Notes: generated by a model from the letters alone, not told the origin. Counted from the first letter of the stretch, positions 19,360 to 27,355 are shown. The stretch is 28,782 bases of DNA from Candidatus Bathyarchaeia archaeon (GCA_050015395.1 JBEKBM010000029.1:1-28782); one strand, 5' to 3'. A program made the numbers and translations.

Positions 19360-19736
19360 TTTTTCGCCTCCAATTCAGGTTCGATGGAAAAATACATGGT
19401 TCGGCCTTCCCGTTTTTTCTTTACATAGCCCATCCTTACTAGCTGATTAGCAAAGGAACTTTCTACTGCTCTTAAATTACCCGTTACCTTAGCGATGTCA
19501 TCAGCGGTGGCTCTTTGGAACTTATACAAAGCCATGGCAGTTCGTCTAAGTGACGCTGGTAGCTTCAATAACGTCATAACGTCAGCTTGTGGATGTGATG
19601 AAGATTCATTCGAAGTTTCAAATATTTGTATAAGCTCAGTATTACTCTTAACTATTAAATCCAGCTTATCGTTAACTAATTTAAGCTGCTCAACCACCTT
19701 TGCAAGTGTTTCAACTAAGCTGGATTGCTCCTCCAT
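19356..19736 (-). CDS. Coiled-coil plus wHTH (ArsR/TrmB-like) transcriptional regulator
   Basis: ATADDIAKVTGNLRAVESSFANQLVRMGYVKKKREGR; ATGA overlap with MinD. Confidence 0.85.
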   Translation of the reverse strand: MEEQSSLVETLAKVVEQLKLVNDKLDLIVKSNTELIQIFETSNESSSHPQADVMTLLKLPASLRRTAMALYKFQRATADDIAKVTGNLRAVESSFANQLVRMGYVKKKREGRTMYFSIEPELEAKK

Positions 19737-19758
19737 TTACACTTCTCTCCCCAGCGGA

Positions 19759-19786
19759 GTGTAGTTTTGTATATGCAAAGCTACAC
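19759..19786. promoter_or_regulatory. 28-bp imperfect palindrome (candidate operator) in a divergent promoter
   Basis: GTGTAGTTTTGTAT|ATGCAAAGCTACAC; 12 of 14 positions are symmetric. Confidence 0.6.
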
Positions 19787-19864
19787 AATATAACACTATG
19801 GCAGACAAATAGACACACAAGGAAAACAGCAATGATTAAAAATAACAAGCAATAATAGAGAACC

Positions 19865-20869
19865 ATGAATCAAAAAAGCGCTGAGTGTATGAGCCGAAAA
19901 ATTCTGGAAGATAACGGAGCAAAAGTCGCAGACAAGGCTAAAATGATTTTACTTGAAGATCCCGCACTAAAAGAATTACGAGAACCTTTACAATTCATAA
20001 GTGAAAATTGGCGGGACATCACACCAGCATTAATAAGCCTCTCATGCGAGGCAGTTGGAGGAAAAACAGAAGAAACGTATGATGTTGCATTAGCCATGTG
20101 TTTGATGAATCTTGGCTTTACTACATGGGATGACATAATAGATAACGCACAATCCAAGACATTCAAGCCAACATTATTTGGGAAGTTTGGTCAAGGCATA
20201 ACAATCATTGTTGGCGGAATAGCCTCTGCAAAAGGGTTCACCATTCTTAACGACAGCAAAATAGAAAATGGAAAACGGAAAAAAATAGTAAAACTAATTT
20301 GGAAGCTATGGAGCAAAATGGCGACTGTGGAAACAAGTACGCTTAGAATGCGTACACAAGGTACTCTATCAAGCAATAAGAAATTTTGGAAGATCAAGTC
20401 AGAGGCTCTAGACCTTGGGACGTGCCTTAAAATTGGAGCAATAATAGGAAACGGCTCTAACAATGAAATAAACCACTTAGGCAAATATGGCGAATACCTT
20501 GGAATAATCCTTGCATTACAGCAAGACTTTCAGGTATCGGTTAATTTAACCTTGGAGTTGGCTGAAAAAATAAGAAACAATAGACTACCTTATTCCATAA
20601 TATGGGCAAGTGAGCATTCGAAGCCTTTTAAACTAGAGCTTGAAACCTTAAAACAAAAAAGCGTAATCGACGATGTATCAATAAAAGAATTTATTAAACT
20701 TTTCTTGGATACGGCAATTATTTACAATATCGAAAACAAGATAAAAAAATATAAAAAATTGGCTGAAAAAGAGCTTAACTATAGAGCGGCTACCAATGCT
20801 AGCCAATCGCTTAAATCATTTCTTAACATTCAATCAAGGACTTTTCATCACGAATTTCCGAGCAAATAA
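19865..20869 (+). CDS. Polyprenyl-synthetase-fold (class I isoprenoid) enzyme with degenerate IPP site, ComQ-like
   Basis: LSCEAVGG; FARM DDIID; PTLFGKFG; LGKYGEYLGI. Second motif reduced to QQDFQV; RRG and KRxRP absent. Confidence 0.85.
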   Translation: MNQKSAECMSRKILEDNGAKVADKAKMILLEDPALKELREPLQFISENWRDITPALISLSCEAVGGKTEETYDVALAMCLMNLGFTTWDDIIDNAQSKTFKPTLFGKFGQGITIIVGGIASAKGFTILNDSKIENGKRKKIVKLIWKLWSKMATVETSTLRMRTQGTLSSNKKFWKIKSEALDLGTCLKIGAIIGNGSNNEINHLGKYGEYLGIILALQQDFQVSVNLTLELAEKIRNNRLPYSIIWASEHSKPFKLELETLKQKSVIDDVSIKEFIKLFLDTAIIYNIENKIKKYKKLAEKELNYRAATNASQSLKSFLNIQSRTFHHEFPSK

Positions 20870-20883
20870 TGCAATATTGTCTC

Positions 20884-21105
20884 TCAGAGGATTTCTGGAT
20901 ATTTTTGCTGTGGAGTAGCCATGGTAAACAGTGTTGTTGCTATTGTACTGAAATATTTGTTTGGTATTTTTGCATTTCTGCAGATTTTACTAAGTGAGAC
21001 TTTATCTTTTTTTTCAACAGCCTCTTCTACTTGAGAAGCGAATTCAGGGGTGGTTAACGATTGTAGATAGCCTGATAACTCAGCTATATTGTTAATTTTA
21101 TTCAT
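20884..21105 (-). CDS. 73-aa small protein, candidate ComX/Nif11-like precursor peptide
   Basis: AGGTGA SD at 21117-21112, 6 nt before the ATG; helical leader ELSGYL..PEF..QV; short tail PQQKYPEIL. The CDS itself is well supported; the function is inferred. Confidence 0.7.
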   Translation of the reverse strand: MNKINNIAELSGYLQSLTTPEFASQVEEAVEKKDKVSLSKICRNAKIPNKYFSTIATTLFTMATPQQKYPEIL

Positions 21106-21211
21106 ATTTGTTCACCTAATTTTATATGTAAGATGTTTTGCTTTTAAGTATTTGCTAGAACGATAAATTTAAAAAAAGTACTGCTAATCTCTATCAGGTG
21201 TCATTGACCAA

Positions 21212-22405
21212 ATGAGCCTATTGAAAAGCGGTATAGCTATTTCAAAAGGTAACTTAATATTTAGTATTTATTCGTTTTTTTACCTATTTACTTTTTACAT
21301 TATATTAACGAGTTTACCAAATCTTTCTATTTCCACAAATTATCGTTTAATAGTAGTTGCAGCGCTAAATTTTGAGATATGTATCGCTATTTTGATCAGC
21401 AGTTTTTTTATCAAAAAAATCAATAAATTAATTTTTGCTTATATCATACCTTTACTCATAATAATTATGTCTATTTTTCTTTTTCTTACAAATTGGCCTT
21501 TTACACTTATAATTATTTTTGCAATAGCGCCGCTCTTAAGTATTGAATTAGTTATTTTTTTCAATCACTTCCAAGAGATCACTCTTTCTTCGGAACGAGC
21601 ACGTACTGCGGGAATCATTGCTTTCGTAACGCTGCCCTTTATTTTTATTTTAACATTAATGCGCCAAAGCAGCATGAATAGTTTTTATTCTCTTATATTT
21701 ATAATTGTTTTAAATCTGGGAATTATATTTTTATTTTTTTTAAGACCTAACATAAAAAGCATAAATGAAAAGAAAGAAGTTGGGAATTACTTTGAAAAAA
21801 AGGTAATTTTCTTTTATTTATTTCCGTGGATATTATTTTCAATTATTAATGTTACACTAGCTGAGGATGCCTCGATTTATATCCTTGAACAAACATCAGC
21901 TTCATTCCATTTGTTCTTGGTTGCTTTACAAGTTATTGGAGTTAATTTTGGGGCAGTTATAGCAGGGTTTTTTGCCGATTTTTTTGGAAGAAGGATAACT
22001 TTAGCTCTTAGCCTCACTCTGTATGGGACCAGTTCAGTTCTCGTAGGAATGTTCACAACTAATGGAGCATTTTCTTTAATGTACTTTATTAATGGTATGA
22101 GCTGGGGCATTCTTTTCGTGTTATATATTTTTGTTGTTTGGGGTGATTTAGCGAATAAAGACAATTGCGCGAAAATGTATTCTTTTGGATTAATAACTTA
22201 TTTCTCCTCATTAGGAATCGGCTTGCTTATTCCTCGAACTTTCTTACCAATTAGCACCAGCTCACTTTTAACATGTTTAATAATTTTCCTTTCAATCATA
22301 CCAGTATTCTTGGCACCTGAACTGATTTCATCCGATTTTATTGAAAAAATTAGACTAAAGCGACACATCAATGTCATAAAAAAACTGAATAAAAATCAAG
22401 GATAA
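21212..22405 (+). CDS. MFS transporter
   Basis: About 12 hydrophobic segments; ERARTAG; motif A GFFADFFGRR. Confidence 0.85.
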   Translation: MSLLKSGIAISKGNLIFSIYSFFYLFTFYIILTSLPNLSISTNYRLIVVAALNFEICIAILISSFFIKKINKLIFAYIIPLLIIIMSIFLFLTNWPFTLIIIFAIAPLLSIELVIFFNHFQEITLSSERARTAGIIAFVTLPFIFILTLMRQSSMNSFYSLIFIIVLNLGIIFLFFLRPNIKSINEKKEVGNYFEKKVIFFYLFPWILFSIINVTLAEDASIYILEQTSASFHLFLVALQVIGVNFGAVIAGFFADFFGRRITLALSLTLYGTSSVLVGMFTTNGAFSLMYFINGMSWGILFVLYIFVVWGDLANKDNCAKMYSFGLITYFSSLGIGLLIPRTFLPISTSSLLTCLIIFLSIIPVFLAPELISSDFIEKIRLKRHINVIKKLNKNQG

Positions 22406-23331
22406 ATATTGTCAGCTGATCTTGGAAACGCTGAAGCTTTTTTAATATTTGATAGTTTGCATACCCATTGGAGCAACCTTTCTATTCCTATTGCAAATCC
22501 AGAGCAGGGCTCTAAGCTTGATTGCATAAACTTTTCCATCCAAACTTGATTACTTTCATTTAGTCCTGCCTCTCTCACAGTATTGAGCATTTTGTCTTTT
22601 TCCGTTATCATTTGCAAGCTGCTTGCAATTTCACCATAGCCCTCTGGAGCAAGCAGGTCGGCGTATAATGACAGCTCCGGCTTCTCTGGATCTGTTTTAC
22701 TAAAGAATGTCTCAGGACCATAGGGATATTTCCAAATAAAAAATGGCTTATCAAACTTAAGACTCAGATGCTGCTCTAATTTCCAGTCTATTTCTTGTCC
22801 CCATACAATTTCGTAACTGTCATTTTGCAAGACATCGATAGCTTCGTCATAGGTCAACTGTTTAAACGGTTTCTGTACTTTTGCCATTTCACTGTAGGGA
22901 CGATTAAAACAATCGAGCGTTTCCTTAAACTCGGATGCCAGAGAACTGCAAATAAAGGCAATAAGTTCTTCCTGAACGGTCATAATATTTTCTAAGTCGC
23001 AGTGTTGAACGGCTTCCATTCGCCAATATTCAGTCAAATGCCTTTTATTCGGTTGTTCTTTTCTGAAGCTGGGTGTAATGGTGTAAACTTTCCCCAATTT
23101 ATCCGCAAAAACCTTCCCATACGGCAAGAATCCTTTAGCCAAGTATGCCCTTTTATCATAATACTTGACCTCAAATGAGTTTGGCGACTCTCCTAATGCA
23201 GGAACAAGTATTGGCGCTTGAACTTCAATGTAACCATTATTATCAAACCAACTTCTTGCTTTCTTAAGTAAAAAAGCCCTAAGCTTAAGCAAATCAACCG
23301 TTTTTTTATCTATCAACCTATTTCTCTCCAA
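22396..23331 (-). CDS. AsnRS-like class IIb synthetase catalytic domain without an anticodon-binding domain
   Basis: Motif 1 GYIEVQAPIL, motif 2 SFRKE..RHLTEYW, DLLAPEGYGEI, motif 3 GFAIGIERL; 311 aa; no N-terminal OB fold. Confidence 0.9.
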   Translation of the reverse strand: MERNRLIDKKTVDLLKLRAFLLKKARSWFDNNGYIEVQAPILVPALGESPNSFEVKYYDKRAYLAKGFLPYGKVFADKLGKVYTITPSFRKEQPNKRHLTEYWRMEAVQHCDLENIMTVQEELIAFICSSLASEFKETLDCFNRPYSEMAKVQKPFKQLTYDEAIDVLQNDSYEIVWGQEIDWKLEQHLSLKFDKPFFIWKYPYGPETFFSKTDPEKPELSLYADLLAPEGYGEIASSLQMITEKDKMLNTVREAGLNESNQVWMEKFMQSSLEPCSGFAIGIERLLQWVCKLSNIKKASAFPRSADNIYP

Positions 23332-23351
23332 GCCATTATAGGCTGAATAAA

Positions 23352-23610
23352 TATAAAAAAATAGTTAATTTAAGACCTATCTGGGCTTGCTCCAAGAGAG
23401 AATTTATATTGTGTAGTCGTCTGAGGTTTCTTGTGGGTTTTCTTCGTCAACGGTTTCGATGGTTACGTAACCTTTCTTGAAAGCTAAAGCGAACACGGCA
23501 GCCAATGCAACTATGGCTGAAGCGGCTATTAGTATTGTTTCGGTTGGGAAGGGGTTGGTTTGAGTTGGTGTTGGGGTTGAGGTTGGGGTTGTTGAGGGGG
23601 TCGGCGTTGG
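23352..23610 (-). repeat. Direct repeat copy 1: orphan surface-protein C-terminus (PT linker, TM, ...DDYTI*) plus downstream T-rich terminator-like sequence
   Basis: Matches 25358-25609; 23521-23610 is identical to 25520-25609. Confidence 0.92.
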
Positions 23611-23638
23611 TAGCACGCGCGCTTAATCGATTAAATGG

Positions 23639-24004
23639 TTATTCATTGAGTTTGGCGTTTTTTCTTGGGGTTATGTCTATTGCGTATTGGAGAATTTTTT
23701 GCATGAGGAATCTTTCTTTGATTGTGGCAAATTCGCTTGGCGTGTAGGCGAGTGTTTCGAGGTCTTCTTTGTATTTCCACATGTGTTGTAGCAAACCCCA
23801 TCTTTTAGGCTCGGGCATTTTGGCAAAAGATTCAGAGACTATTATAATGTCTACGTCGCTATTTCTATGTCGCTTGCCTTTTGCAGTTGAACCGTAAAGA
23901 AGTGCTTGGTCAACACCAAGTTCAGTGTCTAGCATGTTAACGTATTCTCGTATTCGTTCCATAAGAGGTCTTTTATCTTTTAGTATAAGTTGCTGTTTAG
24001 CCAT
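23639..24004 (-). CDS. Minimal nucleotidyltransferase (MNT), HEPN partner missing
   Basis: LYGSTAKGKRHRNSDVDIIIVS (GSx10DxD). Confidence 0.9.
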   Translation of the reverse strand: MAKQQLILKDKRPLMERIREYVNMLDTELGVDQALLYGSTAKGKRHRNSDVDIIIVSESFAKMPEPKRWGLLQHMWKYKEDLETLAYTPSEFATIKERFLMQKILQYAIDITPRKNAKLNE

Positions 24005-24044
24005 TAAGATTGTTTCTCCTTGATGCTTCTTTTAACCCTTTTGG

Positions 24045-24085
24045 CGGGAAGCCCACGTCCTCGGTAGAGCGGGGATGAGAGCCAA
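24045..24085 (+). mobile_element. Degenerate IS200/IS605-family end hairpin
   Basis: GGGAAGCCCACGTCCTCGGTAGAGCGGGGATG resembles the GGAAGCCCCG...GGGCGGGG subterminal palindrome. Confidence 0.5.
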
Positions 24086-24106
24086 TAATCTCTATAACAT
24101 TTATAA

Positions 24107-24187
24107 TTAGCAAGTGCCGAGCATGACGCATAGGAGAAGCGAAAAACACGCTATTATGACCGAGGAGTTTAGGACAGATTTACTCAA
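24107..24187 (-). pseudogene. Truncated PIN (DUF3368-type) toxin
   Basis: TTG overlapping the UPF0175 stop reads MSKSVLNSSVIIA (the 'V.NSS..I.L' PIN start), then unrelated sequence and a stop after 26 codons. Confidence 0.6.
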
Positions 24188-24414
24188 AGCATAAGCTCCT
24201 TAAGAGCCTCTTTGTCCGTGTACTGGTATGCTTTTACGCCTCTTTTTTTAAGCTCAACCAGAAACTCTTGGATAGGTATCTCAGCTATTTCTGCTGCTTT
24301 TCCAACACTTATTGAACCCTTAGAGAAAGCTTCTATCGCCGCAGCTATTCTAACATCCTTTTCGGACAAGAAGTCTGGAACCTTAACCTGAACTACTTTC
24401 GTCAAGAAAACCAC
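24184..24414 (-). CDS. UPF0175-family antitoxin
   Basis: AIEAFSKGSISVGKAAEIAEIPIQEFLVELKKRGV. Confidence 0.9.
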   Translation of the reverse strand: MVFLTKVVQVKVPDFLSEKDVRIAAAIEAFSKGSISVGKAAEIAEIPIQEFLVELKKRGVKAYQYTDKEALKELML

Positions 24415-24539
24415 CCTTCGTTTTTATTCATATCATAACCGAATTAAAAAACATGTTGGAGCCTTTACTTGCTGAAAAAGAGAAGCTTGAGCGATTTGTT
24501 TGATTAAAGCAAACGTAGCCTTTGAGGAAGGTTTGGAAA

Positions 24540-24558
24540 TTATATTGTGTAGTCGTCT
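24540..24558 (-). repeat. Short third copy of the DDYTI* tail
   Basis: TTATATTGTGTAGTCGTCT is identical to 23404-23422; it reads ..EQENQDDYTI*. Confidence 0.7.
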
Positions 24559-24655
24559 TGGTTTTCTTGTTCCATCAACCATTTTTCTCCGATAAAGTTA
24601 AAGAGAACAAACGCTAAAAGGAATATCAATAGTAGTCTTAAAGAGTTCCTAAAAT

Positions 24656-24952
24656 ATGCAGAGGTCACTTGAACATGTAAAGCAGCAGCTTCAAGAGTTG
24701 AAGCCTACGCTTAGGAAACGTTTCAAAGTGGAGTCTATAGAAATTTTTGGTTCTTACGCACGAAGCGAGCAGACAGAGAAAAGCGATTTAGACATTTTAG
24801 TTACATATTCTGAAATGGTTGATTTACTTTTAGTAGCTGGCTTACGAAGATACCTTAGACGAAAGCTTCACATGAAAGTGGATGTTGTTTCCAAGGAATT
24901 CTTAAACAAACACATCAAAGACCAAGTTTTAGAGGAAGCTGTGCCGGTGTGA
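24656..24952 (+). CDS. mntA: MNT antitoxin (type VII TA)
   Basis: FGSYARSEQTEKSDLDILV. Confidence 0.9.
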   Translation: MQRSLEHVKQQLQELKPTLRKRFKVESIEIFGSYARSEQTEKSDLDILVTYSEMVDLLLVAGLRRYLRRKLHMKVDVVSKEFLNKHIKDQVLEEAVPV

Positions 24953-25314
24953 AAAGGGACAATTTGGAACGCAGCCCCAAGATTTATTTGTCAGAAATTA
25001 TTGAATTTATTGACAAAATCGAAAAGTACACAAAGGGCATGTCATACGACGATTTTTCCAAAGACACACGAACAGTTGATGCCGTAGACGCCAATCTCAG
25101 GAATATTGGTGAAGCCGTTCGTGTGTTGTCGAAACACCGAAGGGTAAAAGAGTTATTCTACCGTTTCCACATACCCTATGTTGACCTTTCTGATATGCGA
25201 ACCGATCTTACGCATGAATACTTCAGCATGAATCCTAAGTCTATTTGGAAAACAACATCAACATTAATTGCTCTAAAGCCGCAATTTAAGAAAGTTCTTG
25301 AAGAATTGAGTTGA
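24949..25314 (+). CDS. hepT: HEPN/DUF86 RNase toxin
   Basis: DAV..NL..IGEA and the Rx4HxY motif RTDLTHEY; GTGA coupling to the MNT gene. Confidence 0.9.
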   Translation: MKRDNLERSPKIYLSEIIEFIDKIEKYTKGMSYDDFSKDTRTVDAVDANLRNIGEAVRVLSKHRRVKELFYRFHIPYVDLSDMRTDLTHEYFSMNPKSIWKTTSTLIALKPQFKKVLEELS

Positions 25315-25345
25315 CACTACCCGACTTAAAGTTGGGGAGATTCTT
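25311..25345 (-). mobile_element. IS200/IS605-family right-end remnant
   Basis: Minus strand reads AAGAATCTCCCCAACTTTAAGTCGGGTAGTGTCAA: a hairpin followed by a TCAA end tetranucleotide. Confidence 0.55.
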
Positions 25346-25357
25346 GCTGATTTTTTC

Positions 25358-25609
25358 TATAAAAAATAGATTTTAGACCTGTCTGGGCTTGCTCTAAGAG
25401 AGAATTTATATTGCATAGTCGTCTGAGGTTTCTTGTGGGTTTTCTTCGTCAACTCCGATAGTTATGTAACGTTTTTTGAAAGCATAAGCGAACACGGCAG
25501 CCAATGCAACTATGGCTGTAGCGGCTATTAGTATTGTTTCGGTTGGGAAGGGGTTGGTTTGAGTTGGTGTTGGGGTTGAGGTTGGGGTTGTTGAGGGGGT
25601 CGGCGTTGG
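25358..25609 (-). repeat. Direct repeat copy 2: orphan surface-protein C-terminus (...DDYAI*)
   Basis: Matches 23352-23610 and is truncated at the same base. Confidence 0.92.
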
Positions 25610-25705
25610 CACAGGTGAAATTCACTGCCTGATTAAAACCAAAAGCGATAAACACCACCTCGCCAACAGCAGTTATCTTAAGTTAACAGCGATTGGGAAA
25701 GGAAA

Positions 25706-27301
25706 ATGACTAAGGCTGTAGAGATGGCGAGGGTTTCAGCTAAAGGCGGCTTTAACGTCTTATGGGGCTTAGTTGTTTCCACGGTTATTTCGGCTATAGG
25801 TACAATAATTATCGCTCGGCTTCTGGGTCCAGATAATTACGGCTTATACGCAATTGCTCTTACTGCCCCAAGCCTGATTTCCACATTCCGCGACTGGGGA
25901 ATCAACACGGCTATGGTAAAATACTCTGCACAATACAACAGTGAAAACAATGCTGCTAAAATAAGAAGCATTTTTGTTTCAGGCGTACTATTCGAGGTTA
26001 TTTTAGGTTTATCACTTTCCATTCTTTGTTTTGTTCTCTCTCCCTTTTTAGCTATGACCTTTAACCGACCTGCTATAGCTCCATTGATCCAAATTGCTTC
26101 CTTTTTCATCTTGGCTGGCGCGCTGGTTAATGCGGCGACTGCGGCTTTCACGGGTATGGAGAAAATGCACCTCTACAGCTTCACGCTAATAATTCAGTCG
26201 ATAGTCAAAACTGTGCTGATAGTTGCACTTGTAGTTTTAGGTTTAGGCACTTTTGGGGCAGTTACAGGTTTCGCAGTGGGCAGCCTATTTGCAGGGTTAA
26301 CCGGTGTGCTTCTAATTTGGACTATGTATAAATCCTTGCCTAAACCAACCAAGGGCAAACTAGAAATCATGGCAACTATTAAAACCATGTTCAAATATGG
26401 TTTACCATTGTCAATAGGCACTATTCTTACAGGATTTTTAACTCAATTCTACAGCTACATACTGGCAATTTATGTCCTTAACAACGCTATTATCGGCAAT
26501 TATAACGTAGCCTTAAATTTCGTGGTTTTGATCACTTTCTTTTCTGTTCCCGTAACAACCATGATGTTTCCGGCATTCTCCAAGTTGGATTCTCGGAGAG
26601 ATAAGGAGCTTCTAAAGAATGTTTTTCAGTATTCGGTGAAGTATGCTGCGCTTGTTGTTGTGCCAGTTACAGCTATGGTTATTGCTCTTGCGCAACCTGC
26701 TATTGTCACCATATTCGGAGATAAGTATGTTCAAGCGCCATTGTTTTTGGCTTTGTTGTCTGTAAATTATCTTTATTCTGCTTTTGGATCTTTGAGTGCA
26801 GGCAACTTGATAACCGGTCAAGGTTATACAACGTTCAGCCTGAAATTAGCTATTCTTACAGCCGTGATTGGTTTTCCTTTGAGTTTAGTGTTGATTTCTC
26901 ACTTTGGTGTCATAGGTTTAATTGTTGCTACGTTAGCGGATGGTCTTCCAAGCGTATTCATAAGTTTACGTTTTATTAAAAAGCACTTTGGAGCATCGGT
27001 GGATTGGGTTTTTTCCGCAAAAATTCTGTTCTCATCAGCAATAGCCGCCATCTTAACATATGCTTTTATTTCTAAACTGGCTTTTTCCAGTCCGATACAA
27101 TTAGTCATCGGCGTAATTGTTTTCTTGGTTGTTTTCATTGTTGCCGCGCTGGTTACTCGAACCGTTAACAGGGCTGACATGAGTAATCTTCGGGAAATTA
27201 TTAATGCGCTTGGTCCTCTTCGTAAACCGCTGCGTTTTCTGCTTAACCTCATCGAGAAATTGATGAAAATTCAATCCAAAACAAAGAAGTCAAGGAAGTG
27301 A
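25706..27301 (+). CDS. Oligosaccharide flippase (Wzx/MOP superfamily)
   Basis: IARLLGPDNYGLY, DWGI, IGNYNVA and FPAFSK motifs; about 14 TM segments. Confidence 0.92.
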   Translation: MTKAVEMARVSAKGGFNVLWGLVVSTVISAIGTIIIARLLGPDNYGLYAIALTAPSLISTFRDWGINTAMVKYSAQYNSENNAAKIRSIFVSGVLFEVILGLSLSILCFVLSPFLAMTFNRPAIAPLIQIASFFILAGALVNAATAAFTGMEKMHLYSFTLIIQSIVKTVLIVALVVLGLGTFGAVTGFAVGSLFAGLTGVLLIWTMYKSLPKPTKGKLEIMATIKTMFKYGLPLSIGTILTGFLTQFYSYILAIYVLNNAIIGNYNVALNFVVLITFFSVPVTTMMFPAFSKLDSRRDKELLKNVFQYSVKYAALVVVPVTAMVIALAQPAIVTIFGDKYVQAPLFLALLSVNYLYSAFGSLSAGNLITGQGYTTFSLKLAILTAVIGFPLSLVLISHFGVIGLIVATLADGLPSVFISLRFIKKHFGASVDWVFSAKILFSSAIAAILTYAFISKLAFSSPIQLVIGVIVFLVVFIVAALVTRTVNRADMSNLREIINALGPLRKPLRFLLNLIEKLMKIQSKTKKSRK

Positions 27302-27355
27302 AGCGTTACCGTACATAAAAAAGCTATAGTGTTATTCAAAGGAAGCAAGGACGCC

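Noticed and set aside
19865-20869. Calling this gene a housekeeping GGPP synthase (idsA)
   Set aside because: The IPP-binding motifs and the second DDxxD are missing.
22396-23331. Calling this gene asnS
   Set aside because: It has no anticodon-binding domain and the substrate-pocket motifs are altered.
23352-25609. CRISPR array or transposon terminal repeats
   Set aside because: The repeats are long, protein-coding and direct, with no regular spacers, cas genes or transposase.
1906-27252. Many short ORFs antisense to or overlapping clear genes (e.g. 9166-9474, 10555-10860, 15624-15896, 21877-22164, 26899-27252)
   Set aside because: They are shadows of well-supported genes and have no motifs.
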